Positions 44,760-60,556 are shown, numbered from the stretch's first letter. The stretch is DNA of 64,000 nt from the human T2T-CHM13v2.0 reference genome, Homo sapiens (GCF_009914755.1 NC_060925.1), one strand, 5' to 3'. Notes: generated by a model from the sequence alone, not told the origin. Translations and numbers: made by a program.

Positions 44760-46776
44760 TTATTCATCCTGCTACAATGTAAACACAGCTATGCAAATAT
44801 ATTAATGGATATTTGTTTTGCTTTGTTGTTTTTACTGAGGGCACCCTAGCACATACACAAACGATGACCCAGCACCAGGGAGGTTGCTTGTTTTCTGGCT
44901 TCTGCTTTTTTTTTTTTTTTCCTTCCCCCTGATCCTGTCTTCTGCTTCTCTCCCATGCCTTTGTGTTGCCCCTAGGGTGTTTCTCTACTTTCCACCTTCC
45001 CTCTCCATCCTCTCTGCTCCTTTAGACCTTGGCAGCCAATCCTGTACCTCCAGCATCTCGTTGCCTAGCAACCGGCTTCCTACCTGCCCCATTGTGTTAG
45101 AATCTCCATGACAACAAGTATTGCCAAAAGAGAGAAAAAAAAGTTAGGTGGTAGCAGGAGGTGATGAGACCCTTTATTTTAGGACATTTGTGCAGTTTTG
45201 CCAGCAATAATTTGCTCACTCTCAGGATTCCCCAGAGGGTGTCACAAATGGACTGAACCCAGACCTCATGAGATAACAAGTCACGAGACTGACAGTCTGT
45301 CTGTGTGTGGGGATATAAACTCTAGCATAGAGGCATTCATGTGAGGGGCAAGAATGAGAGCCACGGGCATTTTTTGTTTAGACAGATGGGACTGGGTCAC
45401 ATGATCCCCTTTCTGTGGGTCATTTCAGGAAGGCAGCCTGAATGAGGGAGGATTTTTTAATAGTTGCACAAGTAAGGTAAAGGAGAATACTTTCCAATAA
45501 GCCATAGGTGTGGGTGCATCTGAATTGGGCCATGCCTGGCCAGCTGCATCTAGGGGAGGGCTAAGGAGAGGGGGAATGGGAGATACCATAAACAAGATTT
45601 GGGGCAACACAGTCTCCTGCCTAAGCACTGTGTGGGGGTGTGAGCCCCGTGAGATCCCTGCTCTGTCCATCTCCAGGCTGTGGTTGGCCTCAGCAGCCTC
45701 TGCATCCCTTCTGCTTTGCCTAGAGGGAGACTGCAGGGAAAAAGAGGGAAAGAGGAAGTGGGAAAGAAGTCCAGACCATGTTAGATTTCCAGGTGCGTGG
45801 GCTTGTGTTCACAATGGGGACCCTGGCTCTTTCATTCACAGCCTCTGAAGGCCTGACATATATTCACCACATGGCTATGGGATCCACCTAGAAAGGGGAA
45901 GTCAGGTGATGTCTTAGAAAGGGGAGGCACTGAGAAGAAAGGTGAGACAGCTGGAGCAGGTCAGAGCACTTAGGCACTGCCTTTCTGGACATGTGGCCAG
46001 GGATCGACCAGGACCCTTGTGAAGGCAAGGACTTGCACATTGCGAAACCTCCTCTCCTGTGGGCAAAACAGGGGGCTACCTGGTCTGTCTTTATTGTTCA
46101 AGGTAGACAGTGCATGGAAGACCTGTCCCCAAGCCAGTATCTGGCACTTATAGCCACTCAACCTACCCACCCAACCATGCTATTTTGCTGGCACTTTCCT
46201 CACTACTACTGCCATGTGAACTGTGAGGCTGTCCTAAGGCCACGGGTCATCTTGTCGTCCTGTCCATGCACCTGGCCCTTGAACTTCACAGGCAGAAGAG
46301 CATCTTTGCGCCTCCAAACTCCAAACAGAAGGACTAGAAAGACTGCAGTCCTGGTATTCTGTATTTCTGTCCTCTTCATGGACAGAAAGTTCTTTGTAAC
46401 CTCTAACTTAAATCCCTGAAGTAGAGCAGTTCACTTGTTATTATCTGTGTTCGTTGGGGAAGAACAGAACAAGATCTGCTGGCTATGGGGCCACCCCACA
46501 CACACATTTTCTCCAGCTTTGCTCCCCTACTTGGCCTGACTGTTCAAGGCCCCCAGCAAAGGCTACATTCCCACTGCTGAGCAAGGCCATTTAGATGCAA
46601 GATACTAATTGCTAAAACAGATGTAATGAGTCAAATACCCTTAGACACTATTGGAGGACAAACAACTCGGTTAATCTTTTTGACAAGCAATCTGCAATTT
46701 GTAACCAAGAATCTTTATAAGATTCTCCTCTTGGACCCAGTAATTCTCCTTCAAAGAATTTAGCCTGTGGAAATAA

Positions 46777-47191
<415 letters not shown>

Positions 47192-47208
47192 AAATAATTT
47201 TTGTGTAA

Positions 47209-47599
<391 letters not shown>

Positions 47600-47645
47600 T
47601 AATATATAGTGAAAAGATATAAATATATAGTATAATGATAACTTT

Positions 47646-47647
<2 letters not shown>

Positions 47648-47700
<53 letters not shown>
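47648..47700. repeat. Perfect (TG)26 microsatellite
   Basis: Counted directly. Confidence 0.97.
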
Positions 47701-47703
<3 letters not shown>

Positions 47704-47864
47704 GAACAGTAAAAACCCTGGAAGAACCCAAAACCTACAAATGCTAATAATTGACTTAGTGGGGTGATAACTTGATAGGTGATAGACATTTTCTTTTTTA
47801 TGTTTTGAGATTTTCCAAGTTTTTTCTAATGCACATGTTATTTTTATAAGTAATAAGAACTACC

Positions 47865-48050
47865 CTTTTTAAAGGACTTACCATGTGCTACTGTACTAAA
47901 CATTCTCCACACATTATTTTTTTCCACCTCTACAGCAATTCAGTGATGTAGGTATTCTCGTTTTTCAGATGAAACAACGAAAGCTTAGAGAGGTTAAGTA
48001 ACTTTCCCAAAACTGCACAGCTTATAAGTAGAACCGGATTCTGAACAGAA
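47865..48050 (-). mobile_element. MIR
   Basis: TTTCAGATGAAACAACGAAAGCTTAGAGAGGTTAAGTAACTTTCCCAA. Confidence 0.75.
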
Positions 48051-50249
48051 CTCCCCCAAAACTTATAAAAAGTGAATGCTGTCATTCAGTGTGGCGATGA
48101 GAGCTGATAAGTGGTATTGATCTGCACGGCCTGCGAGTTTCTGATCCAAGTCTGCGAATGCCAGTGGACCCCACCTCAGATGCCCCTCTTGCTGTAGCTC
48201 TACTTGCTGGGCAGCCTCGGTCTAACCTCCTGATCAGCCCTTCAAGGCAGAGGCGACCCCGTTCAGAGATGTTGTGTGGGGACTTACAGGTCAGTGAGGC
48301 ACCGAGTACAGGCAGAACGGAGGCAGTTGCTCTCCTGGGTCTGCCCAGCATGACAGGGAAACAGAGGAGGCACTTTTCCAGCTTTGCTGACAGAAGTCTC
48401 CCATAAGCTCACCTGTCAGCCTCCTGGTGTCTGGCAGGATGCTGGGCCTTGGGCAGCTACGCCCTGGAGCCTCACAGCTCATGGGACTTTTTTTCTGAGA
48501 TTGGGGTCAGCTGGGGGAGGAGGGTTTCTCTCCTGCAGCCTGGCGCTGGGACCTTGGGCAGTGGCCAGACCTGGCCTCTCCCTCCGTGCGTGACTACCAC
48601 ACGAATGTGCTGCTGCCGAGATCAGGGAGTCACCCTGGCTTGGCAGCGCTGTGCTGGCAGGAATGGGGGCTCAAGCACAGTTTTAGCTTGGCTCTGAGGG
48701 AGGCTGCTGGAGCCAGCAGGACAGGGGAACTCAGCTTTGCTGGAGAACAGAAACACATAAGCAGCCGATGGAACAAGAGAGGGCAATGGGACTGGAATGA
48801 TCTTCAGTGCTGGAATTGCTTGCCCCGCTTTTCAGATGGCAAAGCTAAGGCCTAGGGACTGAGTAACTCGGGAAGATGCTTAGTGCTGGAGTCCTGTCCA
48901 GTGTTCTGACTCCTGGGCTGCATGTGACTGCTGGGCCTGCTGCCAGACCCTAGCTCAAGTTTCTGATCCCCCAACCCTACCCCTCACACATTCTGAGCTG
49001 TTGGGGAGAAGGAAGAGCTTATTGCTAGTGTAGCCAGCCTGGTGCTGCCTTCACTTGGCAAGAGGTCTGGTCTGCACCTCACAACATAGTCCCACTAACA
49101 GGTTTGACTCTAGGTCCAGCCCTCTCCAAATGCCAGGCTCTGCTGTTCCAGGCAGGAAACCAGCCCACACACTGCAAAGTGGCCTGGGCCTCTGGGCTGG
49201 AGGGCTTTAGGAACAGTCCGTAATCCCCACGATCTCTCCTGTCCCGGCACCAAGGACCCTTCATCCCTTGCCCCAGACCAGTGGCCCTGGAAGTATGTGG
49301 GATTTGTTGAGTGATACTACCTCCATCTGCCTGGCTGGAAAACCCATCCATGCAGAAATACTGGAAGTTTTAAGATAGGGGAGAAAAATAATAATAAAGC
49401 AAGTGTGAGAAAGATGGAGCTGACAGGTCTGGTGGGAGACGTGGTCATCTGGCTGGCGGCTTGAGGGTCTTCACAGGCTCAAGTTTCTGTGTCTGCACTG
49501 AGCTCTCCCAGCCCCAAGGTTCCGCTTACCTCTGCTCCTCCCTATTCAGCAGCTCCAGTGTCCATCAGGAATCTAAGCTATTGTTAGGGAAGCCAGACTT
49601 CTTGTAACTCTGGCCTGGAGGAAAGTGTATATATATAGAGAGAGAGAGGGAGGAGGGAGAGAGGGAAACCTGGATGGAACAGGGATTGTCTTCAGGGCAC
49701 TTCCCCAATGACCTAGATATTTATACCCTTGTGGCTTAGAACTCTAAGCTCTGATTTGCATTGCAGGGGAGCATGCCAATTGTTGGGGTGTTTGGAACTG
49801 AGGCCTATGTAGCAGGAGGTATCCTGGAACAGAAGAAGGAGCAGAGAGAAGGGAGGGCACCTTCTCTGCTCTACTCAGGGTGAAGGAAGCTGTGTGCCGG
49901 CTGCACCTGCTTCCCATGCCAGCTCAACTTCCTGGGAAGTATTTATAACTGAGGCCTCCAGCCCCCTGTGATTTGTGGGACAGTTTTAAACCATTGATTT
50001 TCATTAGCACTAAATCATTTCTCTTGGCTAATTGAAAAGGAACTGGGGATACTGAAAGTGGAGTCATTCACGTGGACCAAATCAGCGAAAGATGTCAATA
50101 TGCTGAAACAGCACAAGTCTTCAGTTGGACGGCTCTGAGTTCCCTCCCTGAAGCTCAAAATTCACTTCTCTCTCAGAGGTCAGAGGTTGTGAGAAACAAG
50201 CCCCTAGAATGGAGAACCAGGAAGTGAACTTGGATTCTTAGCAGGAGGG

Positions 50250-50380
50250 ATGGAGGTTAGACACTTGGAAGAACTTCCAGCCTAGGGTGATAGGATGAGA
50301 GATTCTGAGGGAGGTGTTGGAGGAATGCAGTGAACATCTCCTCTGCAGAGGTGTGTTTGAGATCTCCATGTCCTGCCTCT
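50250..50380 (+). mobile_element. CR1/L3 LINE fragment
   Basis: AGGTTAGACACTTGGAAGAACTTCC motif. Confidence 0.45.
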
Positions 50381-51677
50381 GTCCGCAGGCACAGGTGCAG
50401 GACGCCCTGTCTGGGGAAGAGCATTTGTCCTTCTCTAGACACAGGCTGGGGTGGTGGAGTTGCTCTGGGAATGCCAAGTCTGGGAAGTATGGTGTTCAGA
50501 AGCCTCTCCTGGGGAATGGCTGGGCTAGGCTTGGAGTAAGAGGTGAAATCTTTGCTATTGCTTGATCACTTAACTATAAATAACAGGAAGCTTAACGATC
50601 TGATCTTACCTGAAAGTAACACAGCCAGCCCCATCTTTTGTCTGTAAGAACACATTGCCATCTGGCCAGAAAGGAGGCCATGCCACAGTCTAAGGATAAG
50701 GACACTTCTGGAGGTGTTGGCAGAGCCCTGGGCCCTGGGGGTGGCGAAGGGGAGGGGAATGATGAGTCCCACAGCTTGTGGACAATCCTAATCCCCATTC
50801 AGAGCCAGGAGCCAGCCAGGCCGGCGCTGGGGATACTGAGCCCCACCCCCTCTGCTAACAAGTCCCAGCCAGTAGACCTCAGCTTCCCCTGCTTCCTGCC
50901 AAGGCTCTGCCCACTCTGCCCATGCCCACTCTGATGGGGCACCACCACTGGCTGCCCATCCTTGTCTTTCTCTTGACACAGACTGGGGTGATTGCATTCT
51001 CTGCCAAGGACCAGGCCCAGCTGAATGGCCCCCAGCTGGTTTGCTGAAGCCTGAAGCCAGGGTCTACAGGCAAGAGCTTGGGGAAGGAGGATGGGCTCAA
51101 ATCCTTTTACTATGCGCTCCCCACCACGACATCTCAGCTCTTCCTCCATTTCTGTCCTGAGAGGTTGGCAGAGATTAGAGGCTGGACAAGAAGGATAAAC
51201 ATTTAGTAAATGACTATTGCAGTCCTGTCCCCAGCCCTGGGACCTCCTCGCAATGCCCAGTCTGGAAACACTGCGGCCTTATGCGGAGAGGGGGCTGTGT
51301 GGTGTGGGGGAAGAGAACTGGAGTGGGGGAGTCACCCCAGGCTCTCCTGTTGCTCAGTGGTGTGACTTGGGACAAGTTACTTCCTCTCAAGCATAGGAAT
51401 ATTGTGATTTGCCTTTATACCCTCACCCTTAGCTCCATGTGTGAGCTGAACAAGGTCTGTAAACCACAAATATTGGAAGTTGTGTGCCCAAGGTACGGGT
51501 GTTGGGGCTCATTTTTCCAGGGAAGCCTGTGAGCACACTGCTGGAGGCCTGGAGCCTCTGAGATGAGCGAGGATCGGAGGACACAGAGCACCTCCTCACC
51601 CTGGGCTGGGTGGGAAATGGGCCAAAGGCGAGGGACAGCAAGGGACAGGGAGGACAGGTGGGAAAGGAAGCTGGAGA

Positions 51678-51895
51678 TGTGTGTGTTTGTGTGTTTAAGA
51701 ATAAGCATGAGTGTGAGTTGCATGTATGATGTGTGCGGTGCGAGTGTGTATGTTTGTGTCAGTGTGTGAGCACGTACCTGTGTGTCTCTGTGTGAATGTG
51801 TATATCTGTGTGTATCAGTGTGTATATGTATTTGTAGGTTGTGTGTGCATATGTCTATCTCTGTGTGTCAGAATGTGTGTGTGTGTGAGTGTGTG
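51678..51895. repeat. Degenerate TG-rich repeat (continues at 52571-52670 after the LTR)
   Basis: Read directly. Confidence 0.85.
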
Positions 51896-52570
<675 letters not shown>

Positions 52571-53369
52571 GTGTGTATCTTGTGTCTTGATGTGTGAGTG
52601 TGCTTGTGTGGGAGGGTGTGAGTGAGTGTGTGTATGTCTGTGTGTGTGTGTGTCACTATGTGTGTATGGTGTTGGTCTGAGGGGTGCAGCAGTACGAGTC
52701 ATATCTTCAGAGTGGCACCAAGGGACACACTTCTCTCTTGCCTGAGGTGAAGCCCAAGTTGAGATTTGGCCCTGGGAGGAACTAACCAGGATTTCCAGGG
52801 CGGAGGGAGGGTACGTGTCAGATGTTGTAAGAAAGCTTGGAAAGAGACCTGTGTGGGGTCCAGGGATTCTGTCCGTGGCCTCTGGACTCATGCAGGTCAT
52901 TCTGTCCATTTCCTGTCTCTGAACAGGTTGCATCTAAGTCACCTTCATGTACTCAGGAGTGCCTCAATTCAGAAGGACCTCTATGAAAAGAGATCTCCCC
53001 ATCTTTCTTACTAACCCATGCCACAGTCTTAAATGTATTTATTTTGGAAACTTGGCCTGCTGTGTAATTTGGTTACCCTCTCCCCGCCTCCCCCCCGCCA
53101 CCAACCCCATATAAATGGACTGTCCTATTTGTACTCAAATAAGAAAACATAAATTTACGTTAAAGGTGAAACATTCTGGTGACAATGTTTCTGCTATTCT
53201 GACTGAAATGGCTGACAAAATTTACTAATTGGAAATTTGGGGCAGAACAGAGAAGGGAGATACAAACTGTGCTAATGACTTGACTTAATGATAACTAGCT
53301 AGTATTCAGTGTTTATTATGGACCAGGAACTGTCTTCCATGATTTTCCTCTCATAATTCACTTAGTCTT

Positions 53370-53677
<308 letters not shown>

Positions 53678-54074
53678 TTATAGCAACACTTTAAGGTAGA
53701 TATTGTTATCATCCCTATTTCAAAGATGAGGAAATAGGCCAAGGAGGTTAAGTAATTTGCTCAGGACCACAAAGCAGGAAGCAGCAATACCCAGATTTGT
53801 ACAGGGGTCTGAGGGGACTGGGTGGGGGTTGGGAAGATGGGGCTGGGGGCGAGTGGGGAGAGGGGGTGGTTCTGGCTCCAGGACCTCTGTTTTTAGCCAA
53901 CACTCTGTGCTGTGCAGTGTCCGTATCTCAGTGCGTGAGTTCAGAGATACTCCAGCCCTTTACTGTAAATATTTTCCTTGTCCTCTTTCTTTCTTTTTTT
54001 GGCATATCCAACCCCTAGATGCTCTGGTTAAAATGTTCTGACCTTTTCGAAATGGGTATATTCAGTGCATTCCC

Positions 54075-54300
54075 AAACGCAATCGCGGCCCCTTTAACAG
54101 GGCCACTGCAGGAGGAGCTGTCCTATCAGCACCACGGCCGCCGCCCAGTGTGCCCCCAACCCCGGCAGCTGCTGCGGGCGCCTCAAGGGCAGGAAGGGCG
54201 GTGGAGAGCGGGGCCAGGAACTTGCGACTGGCCAGTTCTCCAGACCGGGGAGAGAGGGACCGCCGCCGAATACTGGTGCTCGCCTTCCTTTCCCCTCGCC
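54075..54300. promoter_or_regulatory. Small non-repeat CpG-rich patch with a REST/RE1-like site
   Basis: About 18 CpG in about 220 bp in an otherwise CpG-depleted window; ATCAGCACCACGGCCGCCGCC at 54125-54145; GC box GGGGCGGGGC near 54443. Confidence 0.55.
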
Positions 54301-54529
54301 CCCATCCTGGGAGATCAGAGGGAGCTGGTGCTTAGGCTCTCACCACCCTCTGAGTCAGAATGAAATATTTATAGGCCCAAAACACTTCCTTGCTCTGGGG
54401 TTTGCAGAGCTTTAATGGCCAGGTAGCCTCCATTTGTCCTGATGGGGCGGGGCCTGGCGCTGGAATGAGGCTGAAAGGCTGGAAGATTGGGGTGGAAAGG
54501 AGTTAGGGCTGAGGCCTGGATTTAGGCTG

Positions 54530-54760
54530 TGAAGTAAGAAGCACAATGTCTGGAGCTAGACTGTTTGGATCTAATCTTGACTCTGCCATTTACTAGCTGT
54601 GTGATCGTGAGAAAGTTCCTTAGCCTCTCTGTGCTTCAGCGTCCTTGCCTCTGAAGTGGGAATGATAATAATAGCACCAACTTATAGAACAATTACAAGT
54701 TAATATAGGCAAAGCACTTAGAACAGTGTCTGACAGGCAGTCAGCAAATGCAACTAAAAA
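54530..54760 (+). mobile_element. MIR
   Basis: CTCTGCCATTTACTAGCTGTGTGA...AAAGCACTTAGAACAGTG. Confidence 0.8.
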
Positions 54761-55023
54761 GTGTTTGATTTAAAAATAAAGTACCAGGGTGAGACTTAGA
54801 CAGCAGACAGCTGTGGGATGTAGACTGGAAAGGGAGGAGAGAGAAAAGTGTGTTGGATGTGGCTGATACATCATGTTCAGGGGCAGGGACTGTTCCACTT
54901 TGCCTGGGAAGCCACCAGCCTCTCAACTCACCTGCCATCCACCAGACTGTCCCATTCTGTGTCTGAATTTGGCAACTTCCCTTTGGGAGGACGGAGGAGG
55001 TATGGCTGTTCTCCTTAACATAA

Positions 55024-55336
<313 letters not shown>

Positions 55337-55369
55337 ATGAGCCACCATTCTTGGCCAATTTCTGCCATT

Positions 55370-55580
55370 TCTTGAGCACTTCCTATGTGCCAGTCACCAA
55401 GCTAGGTGCCTTATCTTTACTCTTTCATTGCTTCTTTATAAAACCCTATGACTACTTATTGCAGATGCGGACTCTGGGCTCAGAAAACTTAACTTTTCTA
55501 AAGCCACATAGCAGGAAGTAGCAGAGCTAGGATTTGAACCCAGATCTTCCAGATTCAAAAGCCTTTACTCTTTCCATGAC
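55370..55580 (-). mobile_element. MIR
   Basis: GCAGAGCTAGGATTTGAACCCAGATC. Confidence 0.7.
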
Positions 55581-55834
55581 ACATTTTTCGAGCTGTCTAG
55601 TTTCCTACCCTTTCCACTGTGAGCATTTGGGTGTTATTGTGTGAAGCATGGACAATGTTGTTCCTGTTGATGCTTCAGGTTTCTGATCCAGACCTGGCAG
55701 GTGTTCTTATCCTCTTCTGCTCTGCTGGAAGCTCAGGAGAATGAGGCAGCTCAGCCTCTATCCCTGGGTACGTGGGATGGAGGGACACTTGAAAAAGAAG
55801 GTTTTTTTTTTTGTCTCTGTGATCATAATAAATA

Positions 55835-56075
55835 ACAGAAATACTTGTTGAGTCCTTACTATGTGCCAGACACTGTTCTAAGCACTTTCTGTTCATTAAC
55901 TAACTTACTCTTCACAGCAATCCTATGAGTAGATCCTGTCTCAATCTCATTTTACAGAGGAGAGAACTCAGAGGTTCCGCAATTTGCCTTAGGTCACACC
56001 ACCAGCAAATGACAGAGCCACGCTTTGGACCCAGGCATTCTGGCTCCAGAGTATATTCTTTAACCACTGTACCAC
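55835..56075 (-). mobile_element. MIR
   Basis: CTTACTATGTGCCAGACACTGTTCTAAGCACTTT...CATTTTACAGAGGAG. Confidence 0.8.
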
Positions 56076-56246
56076 AGAATCTCTTTAAAGAGCAGGAGTC
56101 TGTATTGGGGCACTGATGGATAGACCCAGGGGCATGAGGAGTTCTACCATCAAATCCACTACTTCCCAGACCTCAAACCACCAACTACCAACCTGACTGC
56201 TCTTCCTAAAAGCCTCCCCAGATCCTGCCTCACTGACAGATCATGA

Positions 56247-56664
<418 letters not shown>

Positions 56665-56994
56665 TAGCTCCTAGAGAGCAGAACCTGGGTCTCAGCCATT
56701 GCAATTGCCACAGCACCTGGTACATGGAAGGTGCCCAGCCAAGGTGTGTGGTTGTTGAACAAAGGGATCCTGCCATGAATCCCTTTGTAAGTGCAATGTT
56801 CTTTTGAAACAGAGAGTACTAACTCCCTAGTGTAATTTATTGAGGACTGGGATCCCCAGGATGAGGGAACTAAAGAGCACTGAGGCCCTCCTCTTATTCA
56901 CTGAGGTTAAGTGAAATTTCAGATCAGGGTACTTAGAAGGAGAAAGAACAAAGAGAGCATGTTTGGAGGTGGAGGATCTGATAAGATTCCCCAA

Positions 56995-57068
56995 TCTCTC
57001 TGTCTCTCTCTCTCTCTCACTCTCTCTCTGTCTGTCACACACACACACACATAAACACACACACACAC
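56995..57068. repeat. Compound (TC)n-(CA)n microsatellite
   Basis: Read directly. Confidence 0.9.
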
Positions 57069-57228
57069 TCCCATAAGAAAGAAACACTCTCCTTGCTTGC
57101 ACCTCCAGCTCTACCCCTAAACTTCTGCCCTTGAGACTCCCCAGACACATTGCAAAGTTATCACAAAGGATGATTGATGCTGACAGGCAAGCTCTTTGGC
57201 TTGAACAGACCCTTGTTTAAGACGCATA

Positions 57229-57517
57229 AGCTGGGCACGGGAGCTCATGCCTATAATCCCAGCATTCTGGGAGGCCAAAGAGGCAGGAGGATTGCTCGAG
57301 CTCAGGAGTTTGAGACCAGCCAGGGAAACATAGCAAGACCTCATTTCTACTAAAAATAAAAAAATTAGCCCAGTGTGGTGGTGTGTGTCCTTATAGTTTC
57401 AGCTAGTCAAGAGGCTGAGGTGGGAGGATCACTTAAGCCTGGGAGATTGAGTCTGCAGTGAGCTATTATTGCACCACTGCTCTCCAGCCTGGGCCCTGTC
57501 TCAAGAACAAATAAAAT
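57229..57517 (+). mobile_element. AluJ SINE
   Basis: Full sense Alu. Confidence 0.9.
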
Positions 57518-58454
57518 GAAAGAGACGTAGATTGTCCTGCTTCTCAGACACATTTTTGTCTAACACTGAGATCCAGGAGATGAGGGCCATTGTAGCTAAC
57601 ATTATGCATCTCAAGACAGCAAACATTTTCCTGACATTATTTTATTCAATCTGCTCAGACAGAATATGAGGCAGTAGAGAGTGAGATGGGGCAGAAAAAG
57701 TTCCCCTCATTTCAGAGGAAGGGAAACAGAGCCTCAGAGCAAGCATGATGTCTCCCAAATCATTTGGTCCATTAAGAATGTAAACTGGGTGCTTGTAGTC
57801 AGCAGGCATGTCTAGGCCCCAGGAGAGAAGACCTGTGCAGAGGCCTTACCTTTCAGCTTTGGAGGCATCATCATCCATGGGCCTCAGCCCAAATCCTACT
57901 TCCCATGTGTATTCTCTCCCCTTTCTTCCCCAGCCACCCCACCCCTGCTGCCAGAGACCTGAAATTCCAGTCTTCCTCCTCAATCCCCACCCCAACCCAG
58001 GTGTGCCACTTGCCACCAACTAGGCATATTAAACCTGCAGCCGGGCTGGATGAGGCCTATCTTTTCCCCCTCCCATGCATGTTGCCTACAGTGTCACATG
58101 GGCAATGCCCCTGTACCATGCTGACCTACAGTACCACCGAAGGCAAACAGCGTATAAGGTGGTTGGGGAAAACTAGCTAGATCTCCAGCATGTTGGGAGA
58201 ATAAGAGAAGGAAAAGAGCCCTCCCCAAGAGCTGCCTATGACTGATCTTCTCTTCTGGTTTCCACCCTGTAAATTGGATCCCCACTCCGCACCCCCAACT
58301 CTATCTCTGGAAGGCCCCATGCTCCAATCAGAGCAAGGTCAGAGTTGATCATGGAGGTTGGGGGTGTGTAGGCAGAGCCCGGATATGCTCTCGGCGGGTG
58401 TGGCCAAGGGGATCCACCCTTGAGCCTCAGAGTCCTGTCCATCTGCATTTGAGT

Positions 58455-58590
58455 CACACCACTCTGCCACTTTTTAGCTGTGTGTGTCCTGGGGCAGCTC
58501 ACTTAACCTTCTCCACCTCATTTTCTTTACCTGTGAAAGGGGTACTAAAACTTACTTTGTAAGGTTGTTGTTAAGAACTAGAAACAATGT
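58455..58590 (+). mobile_element. MIR
   Basis: CTCTGCCACTTTTTAGCTGTGTG...CACTTAACCT. Confidence 0.65.
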
Positions 58591-60184
58591 CTCAATACAA
58601 GGGACTGTTACTCTGTCTAGGGCAGAAGCATCTGCCAGGTGTCCTTAAAGATGCTGAATACCTGTGGGTTCTCACTCCGAAGGCAAACCAGGAAAACTTC
58701 ATGACCCCTTTCTCACCCAGGCTAAAATAACTCACTGTTTGGGGAGCCCTCCTCCACCACCCAAAGATGGTCTGATCCTCCCAGGCTCCCACCTGGGGGC
58801 AATCCTGTGTGCATCCTCCTCCCAGTCTAGATGAGGGCTATCAAGTTGCGGAAGGAGGAGAGAGCAGGGCCCCCACTGCAGTGGAGAGGGAGGGGTAGGG
58901 TTCTTGTGACCTACCATGGGAATGTTTTAAATCCTCCTCCCATCGAGCTTTTGAAAAAATCATGATCCAGGAAAAACAGCAACTGCGTCTGCTCCATTAG
59001 CAAGCGAGGGAGACGCAGCCTCCTCAGCCTTAGGGCTCTTTTAGCTGGAAATTCAGCCAGCCCTAGCCATAGGGACTGGGGGAAGTCTGAGTCAAGGGGC
59101 TGGGAGCCCAGGGATGCATGGAGGACAATGTAGGTGAGTTGGGCTCTTGGTTGGGGGTGGTTGTTGGGCAACACAACCTGAGTTGGGGAGGAACTCCCAG
59201 GAGAGATGAAGGTAGAGTCAAGATTTAGTTCTGGATTATCTCACCAATGTAGCTCCCAGAAGGGATGGTCTAGGGTGCATAATTGGCTTTGGTCCTCATT
59301 TTGCAGACTGGACATGGAGAGGTTGAATAATTTACCCAGATTCTCACAGCTGCAGGTAGTACCTGCTTACACTTTCCGAGTTTCCTTTATGAAAGTCCTT
59401 TTCTGTCCCTTCTGTGGGGTTGTCCTTGGCATGCTGGGGCTGGGAGCTGGATAGGCTTCATGGGAGACTGTGGGCAAGTAGAGGATGACTCACAGGGTCT
59501 CCCAGTCTGTGTCCTGGTGGGTGGGCAGGGAATGGCATGAGCTAGATGAGGAAGAGGCAGGAGGCAGGCAAGCCCTGGGTGTGGCCCTCCAGGCCTAGGC
59601 CATGGGCAGCCACTGGAGAAGCAGAGGCAAGCTGGTGATAATTCCCTGGGCACACATGGCTTTGCTGCCCTTCTTCTGCTGGGTAGGATGGGGGTTGCTT
59701 TAGCTAATCAAATAACGGTATCAAGTCATTAAAGTACAAATTAGAGAAAAGGATGAGGGGGTCATAGCAATTCCCTTGTAGAATAATTTCTTGTGGAAAT
59801 TATTTCATTTATTGCAGAGCAATCCAATAAGCCCTGGCTCTCATGGTCACTTCAGACTGGAGTTTTAAAAATCCATTAATGCTTAAGGGTCTACATTGAC
59901 TTCTTATAGCTTAGGCTGTAACTGGTCCCAGACCACAGAGTCAAAGGTCAGGGAAAGGTCAGCAACAGCCATAAACAATTCCTGTGGTTGCTTACAGCTT
60001 TCTCCACAATATGGAAGGGGGGATCCCAGGGATCTCAAGAGAACCGGCCATGCTTTGGTGGTCTTTTCTGTCCATAATGTCCTTTGTCTTCATCTTCATC
60101 CAATGCCAATTCACCCTTTGAGAATCAAACTGAGTATTTTCATTGTACATAAATCTTTGCTCCCATCTGTAATCATTTTCCTAG

Positions 60185-60556
<372 letters not shown>

